From a virus (Duplodnaviria > Caudoviricetes), in the IMG/VR virus record IMGVR_UViG_3300036833_000061, positions 1 to 43,986 of that record: a stretch of 43,986 bases of DNA, one strand, 5' to 3'. Below are positions 35,851-43,480 of this stretch, one piece after another; position 1 is the first letter of the stretch, and each line of letters begins with the position of its first letter. The position numbers were made by a program, and so were the translations under genes. The notes beneath the pieces were generated by a model. That model saw only the letters and a program-made list of their open reading frames with translations. It made no database searches and was not told where the DNA came from.

Positions 35851-36430
35851 CTTCCAACCCATCCACCGTATGAGGTCCCGGTCCTTGGCCGTCGCCCGTG
35901 TACTGCCACAGGTCGGGGCCGTTTGTCCATGGCAGGTCGTCTCCGTTTACGTCGTAGTTCTTCCACCGAGGGCCATACTCGCAGCCCCACAGCGGTCTCT
36001 TGGCGAGGAAATCCCGTTGCTGGTCGTCAAGATCAGGGACGAATCTCTTGATACGATCGCCGCCGTAGATGACGCAGGGGCGGCCTATGCGCTGGTCTAC
36101 GCGGTCCAGAAACTCCAGCGCCATAGCCATTTTCATGTCGTGTCTAGGGTTGTTCTCAAAGTCGAGGCAGTAGAGCATGTCGATGTCCACTCCCGCCACC
36201 GTGAGGAACCTATCGACGTTCTCCTTCACGTCGTCGTCGGTGGCGAAGTCGTAGGCGCCCCATAGAAAACCGAACGTCAGAGCAAGGTCTTTACGGTTCT
36301 GATAGAGCGGGTCTGTAAAGCGTATCCCTTGCGAGGCCTTGTGAATGACACCTGATACGAGTCCGGTGTCCTTGAGCGCACCGAAGTCTATCGGGTTGGC
36401 GTGGTTCAAGTCGGCGACAAGAACTGTCAT
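35717..36430 (-). CDS. Endolysin, GH25 muramidase
   Basis: DLNH...IHKASQG...WGAYDF...LDFE...LWQYT...DLS. Confidence 0.9.
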   Translation of the reverse strand: MTVLVADLNHANPIDFGALKDTGLVSGVIHKASQGIRFTDPLYQNRKDLALTFGFLWGAYDFATDDDVKENVDRFLTVAGVDIDMLYCLDFENNPRHDMKMAMALEFLDRVDQRIGRPCVIYGGDRIKRFVPDLDDQQRDFLAKRPLWGCEYGPRWKNYDVNGDDLPWTNGPDLWQYTGDGQGPGPHTVDGLEDGADLSKFLWGDKTQTALASWWVGGRDPVVAGTNPPTGAAAKAG

Positions 36431-36651
36431 TTAATGCCTGTGATGTTGATGTTGATGCCAGCGACCGCATGAAGAAGCGGGATGACGACGTAGAACAGGA
36501 TGATGGCCACCACCACGATGATGATGATGACATCTATCGCCTGCGCAATGATCGGTTCCATCGGAATGATCGCCACGATCCTCCGAACGGCCCAGAAGAC
36601 AAAGCCTGCGATCAACAAGGCAATGATGACTTGGACCAATAGGTTTATCAT
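36427..36651 (-). CDS. Two-TM small membrane protein (holin candidate)
   Basis: Very hydrophobic 74 aa; GGAGG SD; ATGA overlaps; directly upstream of the endolysin. Confidence 0.75.
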   Translation of the reverse strand: MINLLVQVIIALLIAGFVFWAVRRIVAIIPMEPIIAQAIDVIIIIVVVAIILFYVVIPLLHAVAGININITGIK

Positions 36652-37667
36652 TTGGTCTCCTCCCAAAACTTCTTGAGGTATGTCCATTTGTCGAGCGAAC
36701 CCTGGTCGGCAAGGTTGGCGCACTCGATGAGTTGTAGTTGGCGGAAGAACTCCGGAGTTAGCTGCGTCTTCTGATCATATCTCAGATCGACCGTGATCAG
36801 ATCAGGGCCGTGCTGCCGATCCAGAGTCCGGGGGCGGTCCAGCACCGAGAATGTGTAGGCCAGCGCCTCTGCTTCCTTGCCGAACTCGGTGGCCACCATG
36901 GCCCGGTTATCCGGACTTGGACATAAAATCTGTTGGTGAAAAGCGTTTGTCCCATACACGGAGTGTAGCCCACCTGCCAGGGCCACCGAGGAGGAGTGTG
37001 ATGGTGCCATCTCCAGAAGGTGGTATGTCCTCATCAAGTGGTCGTGGAGGGTTCCCTTGCCGTGCTTGTGCTTCAATGCCCCATGCTCCACGAGGAAGCG
37101 GGACAGCTTCTCGAATGTCTCCGAACGGCGGGAGCGCGTCTTGAACATCAGGGTGGTTCTCAGGATCGTGCATTTTCGTGACACCGCTCTGGCTGCATGC
37201 AGCATGTTGGAAGGAATAATCAGCGCGCGGTTGGGGCGCGGCAGGGTTGCTTCAAGATCATTGCCATTGAGAATCACAGTCTCTCCGGCCCAATCAGGAG
37301 CCCATTCCTCGCACATATAGAGGATGATGGTGTGGGTATCAGGATCTTCGCTGTCGCGATGGAAATATCCATCGGTGCCGTAGGTGTAGCCGTTGGCGTA
37401 GCAACGAACGACCGGATTATTCCCCAAGGCGGCGGCGGGGCCGGCCATATTCCAAGCGCCGACTAACTCCAACGGCAACATCCATATCAGATCAGCAAGA
37501 TTGTCCCGGTTGTCGTGTACCGGCTTCCAACTCCAATGCCCGTGCGGGTCAGTCTTTGAATTGCTCTTGGAGCCGTACTCCATGGGTTGCTCCTGAATGT
37601 ATTTCAGGAGCTTCATATAAGAGTCTGCCGGCAGGAATTGGTCAATTTCTCGAATATCATTGTTCAT
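36648..37667 (-). CDS. 2OG-Fe(II) oxygenase fused to a DUF6817-like (HD-like) domain
   Basis: HRD...W.PDWAGET...LHAARAV...R.TLMFK, then H...TLHDHL..T...AGGLHSVYGT...FGKEAEAL. Confidence 0.8.
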   Translation of the reverse strand: MNNDIREIDQFLPADSYMKLLKYIQEQPMEYGSKSNSKTDPHGHWSWKPVHDNRDNLADLIWMLPLELVGAWNMAGPAAALGNNPVVRCYANGYTYGTDGYFHRDSEDPDTHTIILYMCEEWAPDWAGETVILNGNDLEATLPRPNRALIIPSNMLHAARAVSRKCTILRTTLMFKTRSRRSETFEKLSRFLVEHGALKHKHGKGTLHDHLMRTYHLLEMAPSHSSSVALAGGLHSVYGTNAFHQQILCPSPDNRAMVATEFGKEAEALAYTFSVLDRPRTLDRQHGPDLITVDLRYDQKTQLTPEFFRQLQLIECANLADQGSLDKWTYLKKFWEETK

Positions 37668-37938
37668 GGGGTGGCCATGTACCGCACCATCTGCAATAGG
37701 CGGCACTCGGAGGTTTTGGATCATCACCTTGCAGCAACGGGACCGACGTGCGTTGGTGAAGACCCCCGCTGTGATCCAGCACTGCCACATTGACCAGGCG
37801 AAGCCCCCATACATAGACCACGGTGGAGGTCATGGGGGCTTCAAGCCCAGAATCGTATGATTTGTAGACCATCATGTCCTGATGGTCGCGGCCTACCGGA
37901 TAGTACCAGACTTTGCTCCCGATCGTCGGCTTGATCAT
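37657..37938 (-). CDS. Conserved-looking phage hypothetical protein (frame open to 38109)
   Basis: MIKPTIG.KVWY...VNVAV.D..G....TSV.L.Q....YC.W; GGAG SD before 37938. Confidence 0.7.
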   Translation of the reverse strand: MIKPTIGSKVWYYPVGRDHQDMMVYKSYDSGLEAPMTSTVVYVWGLRLVNVAVLDHSGGLHQRTSVPLLQGDDPKPPSAAYCRWCGTWPPHEQ

Positions 37939-38119
37939 CTGGGGCTCCATGAAGAGGTATGGGCCGGATGTGCCCCACAAAACTAGGTGCATGTAGTTCT
38001 GTGCATCCGGCCCCACCCACACAAGCGAGGGGGTGGGGGGCCTGAGGTCGCCTGTGTGAACCAAACACGATACTAAATAAGTGCCGGCGTCAGCCACCTG
38101 CGGGTCCATGACGTTCTGA

Positions 38120-38213
38120 GATGCCTCCCGCCCGATGTGGCCTTCTCCCCGAGCCGCCGGCTACCCAGGAGGACAACATGGCATCGCAGTATTCTAGGCA
38201 CGTCTTCAGTCGC
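38120..38213 (-). ncRNA. Candidate structured leader / antisense RNA carrying CAUGUUGUCCUCC
   Basis: Downstream of a candidate promoter; closed by GATGCC/GGCATC; 38168-38180 is identical to 2528-2540; ends are approximate. Confidence 0.4.
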
Positions 38214-38220
38214 GCAACCT

Positions 38221-38256
38221 ACATAGCAGGTCTGTGGGGCGTGTCAAGTCCTGACG
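38221..38256 (-). promoter_or_regulatory. Leftward promoter with overlapping TGTCA-N5-TGAC operator
   Basis: CTTGAC-16 nt-CTATGT on the minus strand; 38241-38255 is the exact reverse complement of 2475-2489. Confidence 0.6.
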
Positions 38257-38266
38257 TGTTGGTATG

Positions 38267-38701
38267 TCATGCGCCGACCTTCGGGATCAAGCAAATCGGC
38301 TCGCCACTGGATGGAATGACGAACAGGATTACATTGTCGATCGGATTGCCTTGTGTGGTCTGTAGCTTCCTGCGCGGCACCGCAAAGACCGTGCCGTCAG
38401 GGAAAATGCCCTTCCCATTCAGGATGCGTACCTTGAAATCCCCCGTAACCGCGTCCTCCCCGGCCATCTCGGAGTCGAAGGCTTCACTCTCCCCGCAGCA
38501 GCTATACTCGGGGTAGTCTGGCCGCATGAGTTGCTGGAACCACTTGCGGACCTCCGGGGGCTGCCGTGACCACTGGCCATCGTCACGGGCCACCGCCGCG
38601 CGCGCCGCCAGAACCATCACAATGATCGTGCACAGCCACGATATGACCGCCAGCCCAATCAACTGCCAGATCGTCCACCGTGGATATTCCCTCCTGGCCA
38701 T
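38267..38701 (-). CDS. Exported Cys-containing hypothetical protein
   Basis: N-terminal TM/signal; WF..L...SCCG...GNP...ICLIP; AGGGGG SD. Confidence 0.8.
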   Translation of the reverse strand: MARREYPRWTIWQLIGLAVISWLCTIIVMVLAARAAVARDDGQWSRQPPEVRKWFQQLMRPDYPEYSCCGESEAFDSEMAGEDAVTGDFKVRILNGKGIFPDGTVFAVPRRKLQTTQGNPIDNVILFVIPSSGEPICLIPKVGA

Positions 38702-38715
38702 ATGGTTCCCCCTAC

Positions 38716-38781
38716 AAAAAGGAGCGCGAGCTTATCCACCTGCCTCGAACGGAGAAGAGACCGATGCACCCACTCGCGCCC
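38716..38781 (-). ncRNA. Candidate small RNA: 10-bp closing stem, anti-SD loop and U5 tail
   Basis: GGGCGCGAGU/GCUCGCGCUC stem; inner stem UGCAUCG/CGAGGCA; loop UCUCUUCUCC; ends in UUUUU. Confidence 0.45.
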
Positions 38782-39160
38782 AAGTTATACGGTGGCGGGC
38801 TTCTGAACCATCCCCCGGGTGGTCGTTAGGCCAATCCTTGTTAGCCTTTTAGCGGGGTGTGTTGTTCCTTGATCGTGGCTGGCCGTGTCACAGCCCTTTG
38901 GACTCAATCAAGGCACATCCCAACTCCCAGGTTTGCGAGGTATCCCGCAGCTCCGTCTTCTCCCCTCCTTAGGGGCACCGTATTGGCAGGCAATCCGCCG
39001 GGGCATCGAACCCCGCACACCGGCTCTCCGGTTCCCACCGTAGACCTTATCGGTAACCGTCGTTACCGACGACTTCATACCGTGGTCGTTGGCACGTCCA
39101 ACAAAATGTTCCCAGCATTGCGGATAACCCAGCCACACACCTCTCACCAAAACCCAACAA

Positions 39161-39175
39161 TGTCAAGTGCTGACA
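39161..39175. promoter_or_regulatory. Operator-like TGTCAagtgcTGACA
   Basis: Same TGTCA-N5-TGACA motif as at 2474, 2493 and 38242; intergenic. Confidence 0.55.
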
Positions 39176-39335
39176 GGAACACCAGGGACACCTTTTTCCT
39201 TTGGGGCGGGGGATGGTTGGGGCGGCCGCCTTCTCCTCTCTCGGCCCCATCGGCCCCGCGCACGCTCGCGCGCGCTGGGGTAGACGAGGGGTCGGGGCGG
39301 TTCACATGATGACCAGATACCAGGGACAGAGGGGC

Positions 39336-39348
39336 TAAGTGCTTGATA
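39336..39348 (-). promoter_or_regulatory. IHF consensus site TATCAAgcacTTA
   Basis: Matches WATCAANNNNTTR; lies in the large non-coding divergence region. Confidence 0.45.
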
Positions 39349-39927
39349 TATCGGTGTTCCGTGATACGGGTACGCGTGTCGGGAAGCACTTGGTGTCATC
39401 TCTGGCGTCATCTCCTAGGTGCCACAAGCGCTGCTGTAAGCAAGGAGTCTTCCGAGGGAGTACTTGCGGTTTCGTTCTGGCATCTCTCTCCACCCTACAC
39501 TTAAGCTTTGAGCCCGCGCGCCTTCTTTAGCGCGGGTAGTGAGTACCGTCGTTCTCTGTAGCCTCGTGCTCGGTGGCGCCGAGATATCGGTGCCGCCTGG
39601 CAGTGGCTTCCTGTAGGGCGCGTCGGGCTGTCAGTGGGGGGAGGTACCGCGCGCGAGGCTATCTGACTCGGTATAGGTCAGTCAAGATGACATATAATCC
39701 GGTAATTGGTTGATAGTACTGCAACAATAGAGATAGGACCGGATCGGACCCATTTGTAATGAAACATTAATGTAGTGTGCTCGTCTTGTACCGTATTTGT
39801 AATGTCCTGGTAATGACATTTTACGTGAGACGTGTATTCTATGGGACAAGAGAACGGACCTGGGAATTCCTCACGGTGGCACCTATGACAGGGTGCGGTA
39901 ACGGGCTGAAACATCTCTATCGTATAA

Positions 39928-39971
39928 GATTGCAGTGCTAGCCGATCTACGGGTCGGCTATAGCGGCAATC
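39928..39971 (+). promoter_or_regulatory. Long cUACGg hairpin 1
   Basis: TAGCCGATC-TACG-GGTCGGCTA within outer stem GATTGC/GCAATC. Confidence 0.65.
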
Positions 39972-39995
39972 CTGCCGAATACGGGAAAACATCAT

Positions 39996-40073
39996 ATGAC
40001 CTACGTTGACACTACCGATCCGATCGCCCGCATGAACGCCGCCAAGGATGCTCGGCGACAATCGGTAATATGA
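39996..40073 (+). CDS. 25-aa peptide MTYVDTTDPIARMNAAKDARRQSVI
   Basis: GGGAAAAC leader resembling that of ORF 40292; ATGA overlap with the next ORF. Confidence 0.45.
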   Translation: MTYVDTTDPIARMNAAKDARRQSVI

Positions 40074-40231
40074 AACGCGGTATCTTCATCGAACGAACGC
40101 GAGACGGCGCCGGGAACCTCTGCTTTTCGGCGGTTGTTTGGTGGCTTAGTCACGGCAATAAAGTACTGAATATGCGTTATCCATCGCTTACGTTTGTCGG
40201 CGGGTGGCGCCCGTATTTCAATTTCAACTGA
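40070..40231 (+). CDS. 53-aa hypothetical protein (MKRGIFIERTRDG...)
   Basis: ATGA-coupled; stop codon lies at the base of hairpin 2. Confidence 0.5.
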   Translation: MKRGIFIERTRDGAGNLCFSAVVWWLSHGNKVLNMRYPSLTFVGGWRPYFNFN

Positions 40232-40272
40232 TCCCGCGACGGGTGGCCTACGGGCCACCTATCGGGCGATCA
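40229..40272 (+). promoter_or_regulatory. Long cUACGg hairpin 2
   Basis: GGTGGCC-TACG-GGCCACC within outer stem TGATC/GATCA. Confidence 0.65.
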
Positions 40273-40291
40273 TGCCCCTAGGAAAACCACC

Positions 40292-40486
40292 ATGACCAAG
40301 AAAGACTATATCGCGGTCGCGGCCGTCTTTTCGGCTGCAATCCCCAAAGCAAAGACCATCAACGGGACCGATATGTGGCTTCATCTGCGGAGCGAGTTAA
40401 TAGTCCTCTTTCGGGAGGATAACCCGCGTTTTGAAGCAAGCCGGTTTGTTGCCGCGACCGAGCAGGAAGCGTGGAACGTATCATGA
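40292..40486 (+). CDS. Small early hypothetical protein
   Basis: MTKKDYIAVA...DNPRF...RFVAA is a familiar phage early-protein pattern; coupled to the AAA gene. Confidence 0.8.
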   Translation: MTKKDYIAVAAVFSAAIPKAKTINGTDMWLHLRSELIVLFREDNPRFEASRFVAATEQEAWNVS

Positions 40487-42054
40487 AAACAAAGTCACAG
40501 ACCGTCGCGGCCGACGTCGCCGCGTTGCTACGTGCCAGAAACCCGCTTTTGTGGATTGTCACCCGGGAAGAGGCCCGGGTGGAACGGTACCTGATCGAAG
40601 CCGCCGCCGCCGCCGGCTATATCCCGCGCACCTGGGACGTTGCGGCAGGCGTCTGCGACCTGGCAGGCAAGCGGCTTCCCGATATCGGCGGGACCGACCC
40701 GGGTGAAACGCTAGGCGCTATAGCCTCTAGGACCACCGAACGCGGCGTTTGGATTATGCGCGACATGCCGGCGTGGTTGACGGGTCCAGGCGGCATCGTG
40801 ACCCTGCGGCAGGTGCGCAATCTGGCCCGGTCTCTGCCGGGCCGCCCGCGCGAGCAGGCGCAGGCGATTATCGTCATCTCGCCATCGGGCGATGTCCCGG
40901 CCGAGCTTTCCAGCCACGCGACCGTCCTCGAGTGGCCGTTGCCAGACCGGGAAGAGATAGCCGCCATACTGGACTCGGCTATTGATTCCCTACCGGACGA
41001 GATGAAGGCCAGTGCGGCCCCGAACGGCTCGCGCGACGCCGCCATTGACGCCGCGGTAGGGTTGGCAGGAGATGAGGCCGCCGCGACCTATGCCAAGTCC
41101 CTTGTGCAATTACGGCGGATCGATCCTGCCGCCGTTGCCCAAGAGAAACGCCGCGTCATCTCGCGCGGCGGCATGCTGGAATGGTTCGACCCGCTGCCGG
41201 GCGGTCTGGCGGCGGTCGGTGGCTTGGAGAACCTCAAGACGTGGCTCACGGCTCGATCGGCCGCCTACTCTCCGGCGGCACGGGCCTACGGCCTGCCGGC
41301 CCCTCGTGGAGCTCTACTCGCCGGCATTCCGGGTTGCGGCAAGAGCCTTACGGCCAAGGCGATCGCCACGGCGTGGGGCGTGCCGCTCCTGCGGCTCGAC
41401 ATGAACGGGCTCAAGTCCAAGTTCGTGGGCGAGAGCGAAGGCAACCTACGGAAAGCCTTTCGCATCATCGAGGCGATCGGCCGTTGCGTCGTATGGGTGG
41501 ACGAGATCGAAAAGGCGCTATCTGGCGCAACGCAAGGCGCGGCCGATGGCGGGGTGTCGAGCGACGCTCTCGGTACGCTCCTATCATGGATGCAGGAACG
41601 CCAAGGTCAGGCGTTCGTGATCGCGACCGCTAACGATGTCGAATCACTCCCGCCTGAACTACTCCGCAAGGGCAGGTTTGACGAGATTTGGTGGATTGAT
41701 CTGCCGACCCGGTTTGAGAGAGTGGCCATCCTAAAGGCAACATTGAAGGCATACGGCCGGGAAGTCGGCGAAGACGAACTCAAGGCCATTGCCGAGGCAA
41801 CCTCTGACTTCACAGGATCGGAAATCGCGGCAATCGTCCCAGATGCACTGTTTACGGCGTTCGCCGACGGGGGGCGCGACATCTGTATGGCCGACCTACT
41901 CGCCGCCCGCGACACTGTTGTCCCACTCGCCAAGACCGCAGCCGAGAAAATCAATCGGCTCCGGGCATGGGCGCAAGGCCGAGCTCGGCCTGCCACCAAA
42001 ACAGAAACCGCCGCCACCGAGGCCCCTGCACGGCTTCGCGTACTGGATATGTGA
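40483..42054 (+). CDS. Ycf46-like AAA+ ATPase (degenerate N-terminal AAA domain plus active classical AAA domain)
   Basis: LRARNPLLWIVTREEAR N-terminus; GIPGCGKS, SKFVGESE, WVDEIEK, ATAN and LPPELLRKGRFDE. Confidence 0.9.
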   Translation: MKTKSQTVAADVAALLRARNPLLWIVTREEARVERYLIEAAAAAGYIPRTWDVAAGVCDLAGKRLPDIGGTDPGETLGAIASRTTERGVWIMRDMPAWLTGPGGIVTLRQVRNLARSLPGRPREQAQAIIVISPSGDVPAELSSHATVLEWPLPDREEIAAILDSAIDSLPDEMKASAAPNGSRDAAIDAAVGLAGDEAAATYAKSLVQLRRIDPAAVAQEKRRVISRGGMLEWFDPLPGGLAAVGGLENLKTWLTARSAAYSPAARAYGLPAPRGALLAGIPGCGKSLTAKAIATAWGVPLLRLDMNGLKSKFVGESEGNLRKAFRIIEAIGRCVVWVDEIEKALSGATQGAADGGVSSDALGTLLSWMQERQGQAFVIATANDVESLPPELLRKGRFDEIWWIDLPTRFERVAILKATLKAYGREVGEDELKAIAEATSDFTGSEIAAIVPDALFTAFADGGRDICMADLLAARDTVVPLAKTAAEKINRLRAWAQGRARPATKTETAATEAPARLRVLDM

Positions 42055-42094
42055 CGTTTCGACTCGGGCGCCTACGGGGCGCCCGCACGAAGCG
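42055..42094 (+). promoter_or_regulatory. Long cUACGg hairpin 3
   Basis: CGGGCGCC-TACG-G-GGCGCCCG within outer stem CGTTTCG/CGAAGCG, starting right after the AAA stop. Confidence 0.65.
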
Positions 42095-42101
42095 CCAACC
42101 A

Positions 42102-42123
42102 GGTTTAAATCCGGTTTAAATCC
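42102..42123. repeat. Tandem 11-bp repeat GGTTTAAATCC x2
   Basis: Exact duplication in the intergenic region. Confidence 0.85.
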
Positions 42124-42154
42124 GCTTCTAACCCGCCACCATAGGAGAGCACCC

Positions 42155-42967
42155 ATGATGACCCTAAAGCCTACCACCATCCGGCCTGGACTCCTTGTGT
42201 CCCTGAAAACATCCCTCGCCGGCAATGTGTCGTATCAGACGCGCGACATCGACCCGGACCATATCGACGGCGGCAAGCTGGTGGCTCGCTGGGAAACCGA
42301 GCGGACCATTCAAGACCCGGCCGAACACGAACGCGCCGTGAAGGAACGCGGCCGTGCCCGCGCCGTGATTACCGGAGTGTGCGCCAAGTCGGCATTCGGG
42401 TTGCTTTGCCCGGAAGAGCAACAGGACCGACTGGAATCCGCAATGGCCGAGGCCCGAGGAATCGTGGATGCTTTCAATAAGACCGCCACCCGGACCCGAA
42501 TCAACATTTATACGATCGTCGGGCGGGTTGCCCAGGACGACGTTGAGGCGGTTCGGGCGATCAACTCGGAAGTGAGCGACCTCTTGGCCGCCATGCAAGA
42601 AGGCGTGCGGAACATGGACGCCACTGCGATCCGTGACGCGGCGAACAAGGTCAAAGGCCTTGGCGCCATGCTAGAGCCTGGCGCCTCCGAGCGGGTCAAC
42701 GCCGCGATCGCGGTGGCGCGCGGCGTGGCGAGGACCATCGTCAAAGCCGGCGAGCAGGCGTCTACGGTCATAGACACGGCCGCACTCAATGCCATTGCGG
42801 CTGCCCGCACGGCGTTTCTGGACCTGGGCGAGCAACAGGAGATAGCCGAGGTAGTGACCACGGCGGCAGCAGTAGACTTCGACCCGGAACCGACCGAGGT
42901 AGCGGCACCGGTCCAACCGGCTTCGCTCTTTGAAATGTTCAACGAGGAGGAATCCAATGCCTTGTGA
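42155..42967 (+). CDS. Helical hypothetical protein, 270 aa (AAA-associated)
   Basis: AGGAG SD before ATG 42155; beta/alpha N-terminal part then long helices and an acidic tail. Confidence 0.85.
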   Translation: MMTLKPTTIRPGLLVSLKTSLAGNVSYQTRDIDPDHIDGGKLVARWETERTIQDPAEHERAVKERGRARAVITGVCAKSAFGLLCPEEQQDRLESAMAEARGIVDAFNKTATRTRINIYTIVGRVAQDDVEAVRAINSEVSDLLAAMQEGVRNMDATAIRDAANKVKGLGAMLEPGASERVNAAIAVARGVARTIVKAGEQASTVIDTAALNAIAAARTAFLDLGEQQEIAEVVTTAAAVDFDPEPTEVAAPVQPASLFEMFNEEESNAL

Positions 42968-43298
42968 CACCAAGCTAAAGCCCAAGCAAACCATGAGCGA
43001 GCGCGCGGCGGATATACGCACCATGGTCGCGCGTCTGGCCAAGGGCCTCGCCAGCGGCAGCATAAAAGCTGTCGTTGGCCCGCAAGGCGCGGTCGCGTTC
43101 ACTGGTCTTAGTGAATGGGAGCGCGACGGCGTGACGGACGCTTGTGCCTATCGCCGCGTCATGGCGACCGGCAGCGCACTAGCCCGGGCAGCAATCGCCC
43201 GGGCCGAGCAATTAAGCGGGCGCGCGGTTGACCAGAAAGCCGTAGCGCACGGTACACACAGCCACGATGGAGGGGTGACATGGCACGGCAAAGGATGA
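42957..43298 (+). CDS. Hypothetical protein with N-terminal MPC and C-terminal HSHDGG.TW motif
   Basis: GAGGAGG SD before ATG 42957. Confidence 0.85.
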   Translation: MPCDTKLKPKQTMSERAADIRTMVARLAKGLASGSIKAVVGPQGAVAFTGLSEWERDGVTDACAYRRVMATGSALARAAIARAEQLSGRAVDQKAVAHGTHSHDGGVTWHGKG

Positions 43299-43480
43299 GG
43301 AGTTTGCCCGGAATCAAATGCCTTGATTGCGGGCGGTTTATTTCGTTTCTAGACATAGCGAACGGCAAGGCAATCCACCGCTTGTTGACGCCTCAAACGT
43401 CAGAGACCAGCGAAGAATGGGAATCGGTTTGTGAGGATTGCTGGACTCGGGGAAGGTTGAAATCGGAGAAAGTGTCATGA
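43280..43480 (+). CDS. Small zinc-finger protein
   Basis: CLDC...CEDC; GGAGG SD; ATGA overlap with the protease. Confidence 0.7.
   Translation: MARQRMRSLPGIKCLDCGRFISFLDIANGKAIHRLLTPQTSETSEEWESVCEDCWTRGRLKSEKVS

Noticed and set aside
38121-38516. Plus-strand ORF using the strong RBS at 38168
   Set aside because: Mostly antisense to the convincing gene 38267-38701 and against local transcription; kept only as the alternative to the antisense-RNA hypothesis
38857-39530. Several short overlapping ORFs on both strands
   Set aside because: No convincing SD or coupling and no protein-like features; treated as non-coding
41789-42154. 392-aa version of the gene downstream of the AAA ATPase
   Set aside because: The extension overlaps the ATPase and hairpin 3; the AGGAG SD supports a start at 42155
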